Below are positions 19,041 to 28,205 of a DNA stretch of 64,000 nt, in pieces. The DNA is from Candidatus Methylacidiphilales bacterium (GTDB lineage: Bacteria > Verrucomicrobiota > Verrucomicrobiia > Methylacidiphilales > JANWVL01). Each line of letters starts with the position of its first letter. The first letter of the stretch is position 1. Made by a program: the position numbers and the translations under genes. The notes beneath the pieces are model-generated. The model saw nothing but the letters and a program-made list of their open reading frames with translations. It did not search any database and was not told the DNA's origin. Where the stretch lies: the NCBI GenBank assembly GCA_025056655.1, contig JANWVL010000110.1:77855-141854 (forward strand), in the 5' to 3' direction.

Positions 19041-21377
19041 ATGGTCAGTCAAAGTAAGGAGGGGGAGCTCCACTTTCTGGATTACTGGAGAGTAATTAAA
19101 AATCGCCTCCCCATCATCATCACAGTCCTCGTTCTCACAGTAGCGAGTGGCTATTTCACCACGGTTTACCTCATTACGAAAGTATACGCCGCAACGGCGC
19201 AAATCCAGGTAAATAAGCCGCAACGCGATATAGAAGTATTCCGTAGAGATCACTCAAATTTTTATGACCCACACTACTTCCAGTCCGAATTCGAGCTGAT
19301 TCAATCCAAAAAAATTCTCTATCCAGTCATTGAGAAACTTGGCCTCGACAAAGTCTATGCTCAAAGACTCTTAAAGCAAGATACCCCACTGCCAGTGGAT
19401 CTGATGTATGATTACCTTACAAAGAATCTTCTTAAGCTCGACTATCGCCGCGGCACAAACATAATCACAATCACAGGCCTCAGTGAAGATCCCGAAGAAG
19501 CAGCCCGGATTGCTAATAGTATAGCTCAAGTCTATATTGACACCCGAAGAGAAGACGAAAAAGCACGTGCCTCACGTGGTCTGAAGAGTCTAAGCGAAGA
19601 AATTGAAAAACAACGCAAAGTCGTTGCAGAATCTCGCCAAAAAGTAGAAGCCTTAAGAAAAGAACTCGGCATCGATGCAGTCCCAGGAGGCCTTAAAAAC
19701 GATACCCAGCTTGCTGACGTCGAGCTCCAAAGAAAAAGCATGATGCTGGATGAAGCCCGTGCCGACGCCATAGCCCGAAAGGTGCGCATTGAGCGCCTCA
19801 AGAACATGACCACTGAACAGCTACTCGATACCCTACCTGCGCTCAACCTCATGGATGACAATCTCATCCGTCTCCGCCAAGATCAACTCGACATCGAATC
19901 CGAAATCACACGCCTAATCAGCGGCGGCCTCGGCACAGACCACCCAAGAGTGCAGGCCGCCCAAGCTAAACTCCGTAAAGTCCGCGAACAAATCATGGGT
20001 ATGGTCGAAGGCAAACGAAATGCTCTAGAAATTGATTATGAAGTCAGTCAAGCTCGTGTAAGACAACTTGAAGAAGAAGTTAAAAATTTAACAGAGCGCG
20101 TTCGACGCGATAAAGGGGAAAAACTAGCTCCATTCCTCCAGGCAGAAAAAGAAGCAGAAAGTCAACACGACATACTGCAAGCTCTTATCATTCGCTATAA
20201 ACAAGAAAGTGCCGACACCCAGATTGAAATTGAACCTGCTGAACTCATCTCACACGCAGAGCCTCCCATAAAACCACACAAGCCCAACTTGCTCTTAAAC
20301 ATTATCCTCAGCATCCTGGTGGGGGGTGTCCTAGGCTTAGCTTGTGCCTTCTTCATCGAATATCTCGATACTAGTGTTAAAACCGTCGAAGAAGTTGAAA
20401 AATACCTCGGTCTCAACGTCGTCGGTGTAGTTCCAAACAACATGTGTGCGCTAAATCAACTCCCTCCCGATGCACCAGATGCTGAAGCGTATCGAATCCT
20501 TCGAGCAAAAATAGACCTCAAACCCAAGCGTGGAGAAGGAAACTCTCTCACGCTGATCAGCGGCGGTCCCGGGGAAGGGAAATCCCTCACTATATTTAAT
20601 CTCGCGTATGTATGTGCTCAGACAGGACAATCCGTCCTAATCGTTGATGCGGATCTTCGGCGTCCCACCCAGCATAAATATCTACAGATTCCCAGAGAAC
20701 ACGGTCTCGCTGACCTCTTACAGGGCAAGGGAGAACCCTACGAATATATCAAATCGACATCAGTCCCAAACCTCCACATTATTACCGCAGGAAAAGTAAC
20801 CTCCGACCGCATCGGCTTGATGAATGCAACCAAAATTCGTGAAATACTAGCAGACTTGCGTCAACGATATGATATCGTTCTTTTCGACTCGCCGCCTATC
20901 CTCGGCATTAGCGACGGCTCAGTCATCGTTCACGAAGTGGATAAGACGCTCCTTGTGATTCAACATCGCCGCTATCCCAGACAAGTCTGCCTTAAAGCCA
21001 AAGAAGCCATCGAACAAGTCAACGGGAATCTCGTCGGAGTAGTCTTAAACAATGTAGCAATAAACACACACGAGTCCTACTACTACTACAGCACCTACCA
21101 ATACTATCAACACATTGACGAAGACGAAGAAGATAAACCCAAACCAATCCCAAAAACACAAAGCAAACAAAGTAAAGAGAGACAAAAAAATCCCCCCTCT
21201 CCCACCCCGGCTGGTCGAACGTCTCCAACAACTAAAGAAAACACTCCTTCACGAGATACAACGAAGCACAAAGAAGCCCCCAACACCACCCCACTGCCAT
21301 CTCAACAAGTCCAAAACGGCAAGAAAACAGACATTCAATCAATCTTTGGCTCTCGCAATGGTAGTGAATCCTACTAA
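19041..21377 (+). CDS. Polysaccharide co-polymerase fused to BY-kinase (Wzc/GumC/EpsG-like)
   Basis: 778 aa. It has a Wzz-like N-domain with two TM segments and a long coiled coil. The C-terminal kinase domain carries Walker A GGPGEGKS, A' VDADLRRP and Walker B VLFDSPP, plus a tyrosine cluster YYYYSTYQYYQH. A ~95-residue K/P/T/S-rich tail follows. Confidence 0.85.
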   Translation: MVSQSKEGELHFLDYWRVIKNRLPIIITVLVLTVASGYFTTVYLITKVYAATAQIQVNKPQRDIEVFRRDHSNFYDPHYFQSEFELIQSKKILYPVIEKLGLDKVYAQRLLKQDTPLPVDLMYDYLTKNLLKLDYRRGTNIITITGLSEDPEEAARIANSIAQVYIDTRREDEKARASRGLKSLSEEIEKQRKVVAESRQKVEALRKELGIDAVPGGLKNDTQLADVELQRKSMMLDEARADAIARKVRIERLKNMTTEQLLDTLPALNLMDDNLIRLRQDQLDIESEITRLISGGLGTDHPRVQAAQAKLRKVREQIMGMVEGKRNALEIDYEVSQARVRQLEEEVKNLTERVRRDKGEKLAPFLQAEKEAESQHDILQALIIRYKQESADTQIEIEPAELISHAEPPIKPHKPNLLLNIILSILVGGVLGLACAFFIEYLDTSVKTVEEVEKYLGLNVVGVVPNNMCALNQLPPDAPDAEAYRILRAKIDLKPKRGEGNSLTLISGGPGEGKSLTIFNLAYVCAQTGQSVLIVDADLRRPTQHKYLQIPREHGLADLLQGKGEPYEYIKSTSVPNLHIITAGKVTSDRIGLMNATKIREILADLRQRYDIVLFDSPPILGISDGSVIVHEVDKTLLVIQHRRYPRQVCLKAKEAIEQVNGNLVGVVLNNVAINTHESYYYYSTYQYYQHIDEDEEDKPKPIPKTQSKQSKERQKNPPSPTPAGRTSPTTKENTPSRDTTKHKEAPNTTPLPSQQVQNGKKTDIQSIFGSRNGSESY

Positions 21378-21413
21378 TTTCCAGCCCATAGCCAACGTTT
21401 AGACTAAACCGAT

Positions 21414-22034
21414 ATGCTTCCCATCGTCTGGTTCCTAATTATTGCCGCATCACTGTTCCATGGATGCGCCTCCAACCGCTCCACGCCCTATACCTACACT
21501 TCTCCCAATCCCCCTCCCAATACTCCCCTCTCCTCCAACATCACCGCCACAGAAGACATCATGCGCGTAGGCGACATTCTCAACATCCGCCTCACCGGAG
21601 TCCCACAGGAAGACGTCGCCATGTTTGAAGACCGCGTCGACGAAGAAGGATACATTTCGATGCCTCTCATCGGTCGCATCAAAGCAGCCGGAAAGACAAC
21701 TGCCCAACTCAAGCAAGAAATCGAAAACAACTACCGCTCACGTCGCATCTACGCCACCCCAAACGTCACCATCACTTTCGCCCAACTCCGCTTCATCAAC
21801 GTCATCGGAGAAGTCCGCACCCCACAACGAGTCCCCTTCACCAACGACCTCACCGTCTTAAAAGCCCTCGCCGCCTGTAACGGCTTCACTGATTTCGCCA
21901 ACAGACGCGCCATCCGCATCCTTCGCGGGAACCAAGTCATCCCCTTCGACGCCGTCGAAGCTATTCGCAACCCCGCACTCGACCTCCCGCTCCAAGTCGG
22001 CGACCAAATCCAGGTCCCCCGCACAATTTGGTAG
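21414..22034 (+). CDS. Polysaccharide export protein (Wza-like; Poly_export + SLBB)
   Basis: 206 aa with a lipoprotein-type signal (AASLFHGC). It also has the GDILNIRLTG.....DEEGYISMPLIGRIKAAGKTTAQLKQEIE pattern typical of the Poly_export domain. Confidence 0.75.
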   Translation: MLPIVWFLIIAASLFHGCASNRSTPYTYTSPNPPPNTPLSSNITATEDIMRVGDILNIRLTGVPQEDVAMFEDRVDEEGYISMPLIGRIKAAGKTTAQLKQEIENNYRSRRIYATPNVTITFAQLRFINVIGEVRTPQRVPFTNDLTVLKALAACNGFTDFANRRAIRILRGNQVIPFDAVEAIRNPALDLPLQVGDQIQVPRTIW

Positions 22035-22035
22035 A

Positions 22036-23439
22036 TCAACTTACCGCTTCTATCTGCCCCAGAAAAGGGCAACTTGCACAAGCACTCGCATCTCTCACGC
22101 AATAGTCCTCATAAATTTGCAATAACCCCTGTTGCATCAGCGCATTCCCCAAACACTCACGCCCAATCGAAGGCGGAACAATCCGATCATAAACAATCCT
22201 CGTCTTATGATTCCAGCCACAACGTAATCTCAAAAGGCGGCTTTCCAAAAGCTCTTCAGAAAAACCGCCCAAATCCTTTCCCCACACCGCCCAAGGCCAA
22301 AACACATTCACCAAAAGCTCCACTGCCCTTGCCCTTCCAATCAAAGGATAAGCCTTATCCAACTTCCGCCCCCACCAACTCACCCTTCGCATCCAAAAAG
22401 AATAATCCTCCCTTCCCACTATATTTTCAATGAAACGTTTTTCGTCACATCCTTCAATTGCTTCATAGATCGCCTCCAAGCGATACGACAACGCACACAA
22501 CCCAGCCAAACGCCGCAACGGATGATTCCAAGGCCTACCCCCTCTCCTTACCCATAAATCCCTAGGCAACACGCGCCCCATCTTCTCCCCCCGCATCATC
22601 CACCACTGCGACCAAAGCTTCTTCAGATAACGCTTCCCCTCCTCATCACGAATCGACGTCGCATTCTCGGGTAACAAATCAGCCATCCCCCAAAGAAACG
22701 CCTCGCGCGCCTCCCCCTCCAGCTTCGACACCTCCTCTATCCTCGCACACTGCGCCAACGCCGTAAATGCCACCACATTCTCATGATACCCCATCCCTCG
22801 AGCAAGCGCCTCCCACAACGTCTGCAGCCCACCCACAGCCCTCACACGCCAATAAAACCGCACACCCTTTCGACGCAAGCGATACAATCCCGCACTCCGC
22901 AACACCGCCACCAACCGCTCCCTCCCCAATTGTTCAAATTCCCGCCGACAGGCCCCCGGCACACTCATCGGCCAGCCCTCCGGACTTCCCTCATCTAGCA
23001 CACTCCATAAGGTCATCTCATCGATAGCCAACTGAGTCCGCATCACCACTTGAGGCACGTAAGTAAAAGATTTCGTCGATGTAAAATAACCACCCCGCCC
23101 AGCCTCCCACACAGCATGCACAATCACGTTGTCATACTCCGCATTCTCGTCGTGCTCGTGAGCCGTCCAATTTTCAGGCTTCAAATCCACCTCTACGTCC
23201 CCACACCTCACTGAGCCATCAGGAAAACGCACCGCCGCCTTTTGAAAATCAGGTCCTGCCCCCCTTCGCCAAAAACCAGGCTGCACAACCCACAAACGCC
23301 CCCCCTCTACCGTCTCAAGCGGCTGTTTCAACCATCCTTCAAACCACACCCGCTGCACACGCTGCTCATCCCACACAGGAATCCCCTCACACACCTCACG
23401 ACCCCCAGACTGGTATTTTTCAAAAAAGTCTGCTTTCAT
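22036..23439 (-). CDS. DUF2851-family protein
   Basis: GAGPDFQKAAVRF..G..GDVEVDLKPENWTAHEHDENAEYDNVIVHAVWE matches the N-terminal signature I recall for DUF2851. The likely start is MKADFFEKY (ATG at 23437-23439) rather than the ORF-track start at 23475, which would overlap htrA. Confidence 0.55.
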   Translation of the reverse strand: MKADFFEKYQSGGREVCEGIPVWDEQRVQRVWFEGWLKQPLETVEGGRLWVVQPGFWRRGAGPDFQKAAVRFPDGSVRCGDVEVDLKPENWTAHEHDENAEYDNVIVHAVWEAGRGGYFTSTKSFTYVPQVVMRTQLAIDEMTLWSVLDEGSPEGWPMSVPGACRREFEQLGRERLVAVLRSAGLYRLRRKGVRFYWRVRAVGGLQTLWEALARGMGYHENVVAFTALAQCARIEEVSKLEGEAREAFLWGMADLLPENATSIRDEEGKRYLKKLWSQWWMMRGEKMGRVLPRDLWVRRGGRPWNHPLRRLAGLCALSYRLEAIYEAIEGCDEKRFIENIVGREDYSFWMRRVSWWGRKLDKAYPLIGRARAVELLVNVFWPWAVWGKDLGGFSEELLESRLLRLRCGWNHKTRIVYDRIVPPSIGRECLGNALMQQGLLQIYEDYCVRDASACASCPFLGQIEAVS

Positions 23440-23446
23440 AACCAAC

Positions 23447-24562
23447 GTGAAACACCTCCTACCCCTCCCCCTCACACTTCTCCTCTACGCACAAACGGGG
23501 CTCGCACAAGAACAAGCCACAAGCCACACTTCTGAGACAGAGCCAACCGTGCAAGTCGTCGAGCGCGTCATGCCGGCAGTCGTCAATATCAACGTCGAGG
23601 GCGTCGTCCGCCGCTACTATCGCGACTGGTTCTTTGGCACCTTCCCCGTTCAGCAAAATATCAGCAGCCTCGGATCGGGCGTCCTTATCACACCCGATGG
23701 ATACATCGTCACATGCGCACACGTCGTAGATGAAGCTTCAGCATTGAAGCTTAAAATCCGCGTTACCCTCAACAACGGCAAAATCTACGACGCACGCCTT
23801 GTAGACTCCAGCCCCGATCTCGATCTAGCTCTCATCAAAATCAACGCAGGCGAAGAACTACCTTACTTACGCCTAGAGCCCCTCTCACCCAACCTACTCG
23901 GACAGACCGCCATCGCACTAGGAAACCCTGTCGGCTTTCAAAACTCAGTATCTAAAGGCATCCTCAGCGCACGCAACCGCACCATCGTCACCCAAGACGG
24001 CACCCAAGTCGAAGGTCTCCTCCAGACGGATGCCTCCATTAACCCCGGCAACAGCGGCGGCCCCCTCGTGGACATACAAGGCCGCTTCATGGGCATCAAC
24101 TCAGCCAAATATGCAGGTGAACGCATCGAAGGCTTAGGTTTCTCTATCCCCGGTGATCGAGTCCTCGCCTACACCCGTGAAGCCATCGCCGTAGCGCGCG
24201 GCGAAAAGCGTGGAGCTCCCATTCCCACACCCCAGCAAATCCTATCCGAGCGATTTGGTTTGTCCGTGCAAGAGATCACGCCAGACCTTGCACAAGCCCT
24301 TGGAATTCCTTTCACCCCCGACGCAGGCTTACTCATCACGGATGTGGACCCTGAAAGTCCAGCAGCCGAACGAGGCATCAAAGCAGGAATGTTTCTCGTT
24401 CGAATTGGCAACACCCCTACGCCCGAGATCGCCGCTCTACCTCTCCAACTCCTGCGCATCAAAAAAGGCGACCGCATAAACGTAGCAGTCAGCCAAATAA
24501 CCCAACGCGGCCCAGGAATGATCTTCCAACAGACCTACACCCTCCAACTCGTGGCTCGATAA
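23447..24562 (+). CDS. HtrA/DegS-like periplasmic serine protease with one PDZ domain
   Basis: 371 aa with a signal peptide and catalytic-triad contexts TCAHVV, DLALIK and GNSGGPLV. A C-terminal PDZ-like region follows. Confidence 0.85.
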   Translation: MKHLLPLPLTLLLYAQTGLAQEQATSHTSETEPTVQVVERVMPAVVNINVEGVVRRYYRDWFFGTFPVQQNISSLGSGVLITPDGYIVTCAHVVDEASALKLKIRVTLNNGKIYDARLVDSSPDLDLALIKINAGEELPYLRLEPLSPNLLGQTAIALGNPVGFQNSVSKGILSARNRTIVTQDGTQVEGLLQTDASINPGNSGGPLVDIQGRFMGINSAKYAGERIEGLGFSIPGDRVLAYTREAIAVARGEKRGAPIPTPQQILSERFGLSVQEITPDLAQALGIPFTPDAGLLITDVDPESPAAERGIKAGMFLVRIGNTPTPEIAALPLQLLRIKKGDRINVAVSQITQRGPGMIFQQTYTLQLVAR

Positions 24563-24657
24563 CCACTCCCAGAGCCCCATCAAAAGCACAAAAACCCTAG
24601 CCCGAAGACCATTCTTTCCCCTTTGCCAACCCCCACCGTCACTGATATACCGACGAT

Positions 24658-27600
24658 ATGTCAAGGGCGCCGTCGAATCAACGAGATAAACTCCTCGCGC
24701 AACTCCTAGAAGGAAAAGACCCCGCTCCAATAAACGATTATCAAGGCCTAAAACTCCTCGCAGCCAACCGAAGCGAAATCGCCATTCGCATTTTTCGTGC
24801 AGCAACAGAACTCGACCTCCGCACCGTCGCCATCTACGCCAAAGAAGACCGATTCTCCATGCATCGCTTCAAAGCCGATGAAGCCTACCTCGTCGGTGAA
24901 GGCCTCGGCCCCGTCGGCGCATACCTCGACATCGAAGGCATAGTGCGTCTTGCCAAATCCAAAGGCGTCCACCTCATTCACCCCGGATATGGATTTCTCT
25001 CTGAAAACCCCGCCTTCGCTCGAGCCTGTGCCCGAGAAGGAATCATATTTGTCGGCCCTGCCCCAGAGCACCTCGAAATGATGGGCGATAAAGTCGCGGC
25101 GCGCGCTGTAGCCTCGCGACTCAAGATAAATACCCTTCCCGGCACGCCCCATCCCGTCAGCGACCGAGAAGAAGCATTGCGAATAGCAAAAGAAATCGGC
25201 TTCCCACTCATCATCAAAGCCGCGCATGGCGGCGGCGGGCGAGGAATGCGAGTCGTAGAGCACGCTGCAGATTTACCGCGCCTGCTCGATGAAGCCCAAG
25301 CCGAGGCAGGAAGCGCCTTCGGAAACCCAGCGACCTTTCTTGAAAAATACATCCCTCGTGCCAAGCACATCGAAGTCCAAATCTTAGGCGATCGTTACGG
25401 AAACGTCGTCCATCTCTACGAGCGCGATTGCTCCGTGCAGCGCCGCCATCAAAAAGTTGTCGAAATGGCGCCGGCTTACAATCTCTCACCAAAGCTGCGC
25501 CAAGAGCTTTGCGAAGCGGCCGTCAAGCTTGCTAAGGAAATTCGCTACAGCAACGCTGGCACAGTAGAATTCCTCGTCGATCTCGATCGTGAGGAGTGGT
25601 TCTTCATCGAGATGAATCCACGCATTCAAGTCGAGCACACCGTCACAGAAGTCGTCACTGGAGTCGATCTCGTGCGTTCACAGATTCTGATCGCTCTAGG
25701 CCACGCACTCCACGACACCGAAATCAACATCCCGCCTCAAGACCAAATTCCGTGTCAAGGCTACGCTGTGCAAGCTCGAGTGACGACCGAGGACCCTGAA
25801 AACCGCTTCACACCAGACTATGGAAAAATCTTAACCTTCCGCGCAGCAGGAGGACTCGGGATCCGCCTCGATAGTGGCATGGGAGAGTCAGGTAGCGAGA
25901 TCACCCCTTTCTATGATTCGCTCCTAGTCAAAATCACAGCCTTTGGCCCGACTTTCAAAAGCGCCCTTCAACGCATGGACCGAGCACTCAAAGAATTCCG
26001 CGTCCGAGGCGTGAAGACAAATATCCCCTTTCTAGAAAACCTCATACATCACCCCGACTTTGTATCAGGCCAAGCGACGACAACATTAATCGATCATTCC
26101 CCACAGCTCTTTCAATTCAAGCAGCGCCGCGATCGAGCCACAAAGCTGCTCAGTTACCTAGGAAATGTCATCGTCAATGGCAATCCTCACGCCAAAGGCT
26201 TCAAACCTTCAACCCCATTGCCGCCTGCCTCTGTGCCGGCTTATGATAAATCGACGCCGATTCTTCCGGGGACGCGTCAAAAACTCTTAGAGCTCGGTCC
26301 TAAGAAATTTGCTGAGTGGGTGCGCGCACACCGCCCTCTTTTGATTACTGATACGACTCTGCGCGATGCTCATCAATCGCTTTTGGCCACACGCATGCGC
26401 ACCTACGACATGCTCAAAGTGGCCGATTATATAGCGCGATCCTTTCCGCAGCTCTTCAGTCTTGAGCTTTGGGGAGGCGCTACGTTCGACACGGCAATGC
26501 GTTTTCTTCATGAAGACCCTTGGCAACGTCTCCGGGCGCTTCGTGAGCGGATTCCGAATATCTGTTTCCAAATGCTTTTTCGTGGGGCTAATGCAGTCGG
26601 CTACACCAACTATGCCGATAATGTCGTCTCCGGATTCATTAGGCATGCGGCAGAAGCAGGTATAGATATTTTTCGGATTTTCGATTCGCTGAATGATCTG
26701 CGGAATTTGAAAGTGGCGTTTGAGGCGGTGCATAAAACCCATGCCATCTGCGAAGGGGCAATCTGCTACACAGGGGATATCCTTGATCCGCGACGCACGA
26801 AATATTCGCTGAAGTATTACCTCAAGCTCGCAAAGGAACTGCAATCCATGGGGGCACACATTCTCGCCATCAAAGACATGGCTGGGCTTTGTAAACCGTT
26901 TGCAGCACGGCAGCTCATCAAAGCGCTACGCGAAGAAATTGAGTTACCGGTTCACTTTCACACTCACGATACAAGTGGAGTTGCGTCGGCTTCTGTATTA
27001 ATGGCTTCGGAAGCCGGGGTCGATGTTGTGGATCTGGCGATAGCCTCCTTGTCGGGATCGACGAGTCAACCCAATCTGAACTCTATAGTCGCAGCATTGC
27101 AAAATACTCCGCGTGAAACTGAGTTGGATCTCGAGAAGCTCAATGCGTTGAGCGATTATTGGGAAGTGGTGCGAAGTTACTATCAACCTTTTGATACAGC
27201 CCCGCGCACGGGGAACGCCGCTGTCTATGTCCACGAAATGCCGGGAGGCCAATACACAAACTTAAAAGAACAGGCAGCGAGTCTCGGTTTGCTGCATCGC
27301 TGGAATGAAATCGAGCGCACCTATGCTGAAGTGAACCAACTCTTTGGTGACATCGTCAAAGTCACGCCTTCTAGCAAAGTCGTGGGAGATATGACGATGT
27401 TTCTTATTACTCGAGGGATACGTCCAGCGGATGTGCTCAATCTTGAGCCAGGAGCTACGCCTTTTCCGGCTTCGGTTGTGGATATGCTTTCGGGCGGGTT
27501 GGGGACGCCACCGGGGGGATGGCCGAAGGACGTGCAAAAAATCATTCTTGGTCCGCAGCGCGTGCCGACCAAAGGCCGACCGGGTGCAAATTTACCCAGC

Positions 27601-28188
27601 GTAAATCTCAAAGCGACAAAGGCTGAGTTGGCTGAAAAAATCAAGCGCGAGGTCACTGATGATGATCTTTACTCTTACTTGATGTATCCCGATGTGTTTA
27701 TGGAGTTTGTCCGGCAACAGCGCGACTACAGTGATCTTTCCGTTCTTCCTACGCCGGCATTTTTTTATGGGCTAAGACCGGGGGAGGAAATTCAGGTGGA
27801 TCTTGAGGAGGGTAAGACGCTCTTTATCAGTCTGGTCAACGTGGGACCGCTAGACGAAAGCGGGCGACGGCTGGTGACGTTTGAGTTGAATGGCAACACG
27901 CGACAGCTTCATATTGTGGATCGTTCACAGAAAGCTTCTCAACCTGTGCAACCTAAGGCTGATCCGAGTGATCCGTTGCAAGTGGGAGCGCCAATCCCGG
28001 GGATGATCAGCGCGCTGGCCGTCAGCGTGGGGTCTAAGGTTCAAAAAGGAGATAAGTTGCTGACGATCGAAGCGATGAAGATGTATTCGAATATCCAAGC
28101 GCCAGTTGACGGGATTGTGGATAAGATTTTTGTGAAAGTGGGACAATCTGTGGAGGCTAAAGATCTCCTTCTGACGTTGCGTCAATGA
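24658..28188 (+). CDS. pyc: Pyruvate carboxylase (single-chain BC + CT + BCCP)
   Basis: 1176 aa with a biotin carboxylase N-domain, a carboxyltransferase TIM-barrel region (LLITDTTLRDAHQS) and a C-terminal biotinyl motif (EAMKM). Confidence 0.95.
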   Translation: MSRAPSNQRDKLLAQLLEGKDPAPINDYQGLKLLAANRSEIAIRIFRAATELDLRTVAIYAKEDRFSMHRFKADEAYLVGEGLGPVGAYLDIEGIVRLAKSKGVHLIHPGYGFLSENPAFARACAREGIIFVGPAPEHLEMMGDKVAARAVASRLKINTLPGTPHPVSDREEALRIAKEIGFPLIIKAAHGGGGRGMRVVEHAADLPRLLDEAQAEAGSAFGNPATFLEKYIPRAKHIEVQILGDRYGNVVHLYERDCSVQRRHQKVVEMAPAYNLSPKLRQELCEAAVKLAKEIRYSNAGTVEFLVDLDREEWFFIEMNPRIQVEHTVTEVVTGVDLVRSQILIALGHALHDTEINIPPQDQIPCQGYAVQARVTTEDPENRFTPDYGKILTFRAAGGLGIRLDSGMGESGSEITPFYDSLLVKITAFGPTFKSALQRMDRALKEFRVRGVKTNIPFLENLIHHPDFVSGQATTTLIDHSPQLFQFKQRRDRATKLLSYLGNVIVNGNPHAKGFKPSTPLPPASVPAYDKSTPILPGTRQKLLELGPKKFAEWVRAHRPLLITDTTLRDAHQSLLATRMRTYDMLKVADYIARSFPQLFSLELWGGATFDTAMRFLHEDPWQRLRALRERIPNICFQMLFRGANAVGYTNYADNVVSGFIRHAAEAGIDIFRIFDSLNDLRNLKVAFEAVHKTHAICEGAICYTGDILDPRRTKYSLKYYLKLAKELQSMGAHILAIKDMAGLCKPFAARQLIKALREEIELPVHFHTHDTSGVASASVLMASEAGVDVVDLAIASLSGSTSQPNLNSIVAALQNTPRETELDLEKLNALSDYWEVVRSYYQPFDTAPRTGNAAVYVHEMPGGQYTNLKEQAASLGLLHRWNEIERTYAEVNQLFGDIVKVTPSSKVVGDMTMFLITRGIRPADVLNLEPGATPFPASVVDMLSGGLGTPPGGWPKDVQKIILGPQRVPTKGRPGANLPSVNLKATKAELAEKIKREVTDDDLYSYLMYPDVFMEFVRQQRDYSDLSVLPTPAFFYGLRPGEEIQVDLEEGKTLFISLVNVGPLDESGRRLVTFELNGNTRQLHIVDRSQKASQPVQPKADPSDPLQVGAPIPGMISALAVSVGSKVQKGDKLLTIEAMKMYSNIQAPVDGIVDKIFVKVGQSVEAKDLLLTLRQ

Positions 28189-28205
28189 GAGATGCACCAT
28201 GAGTT

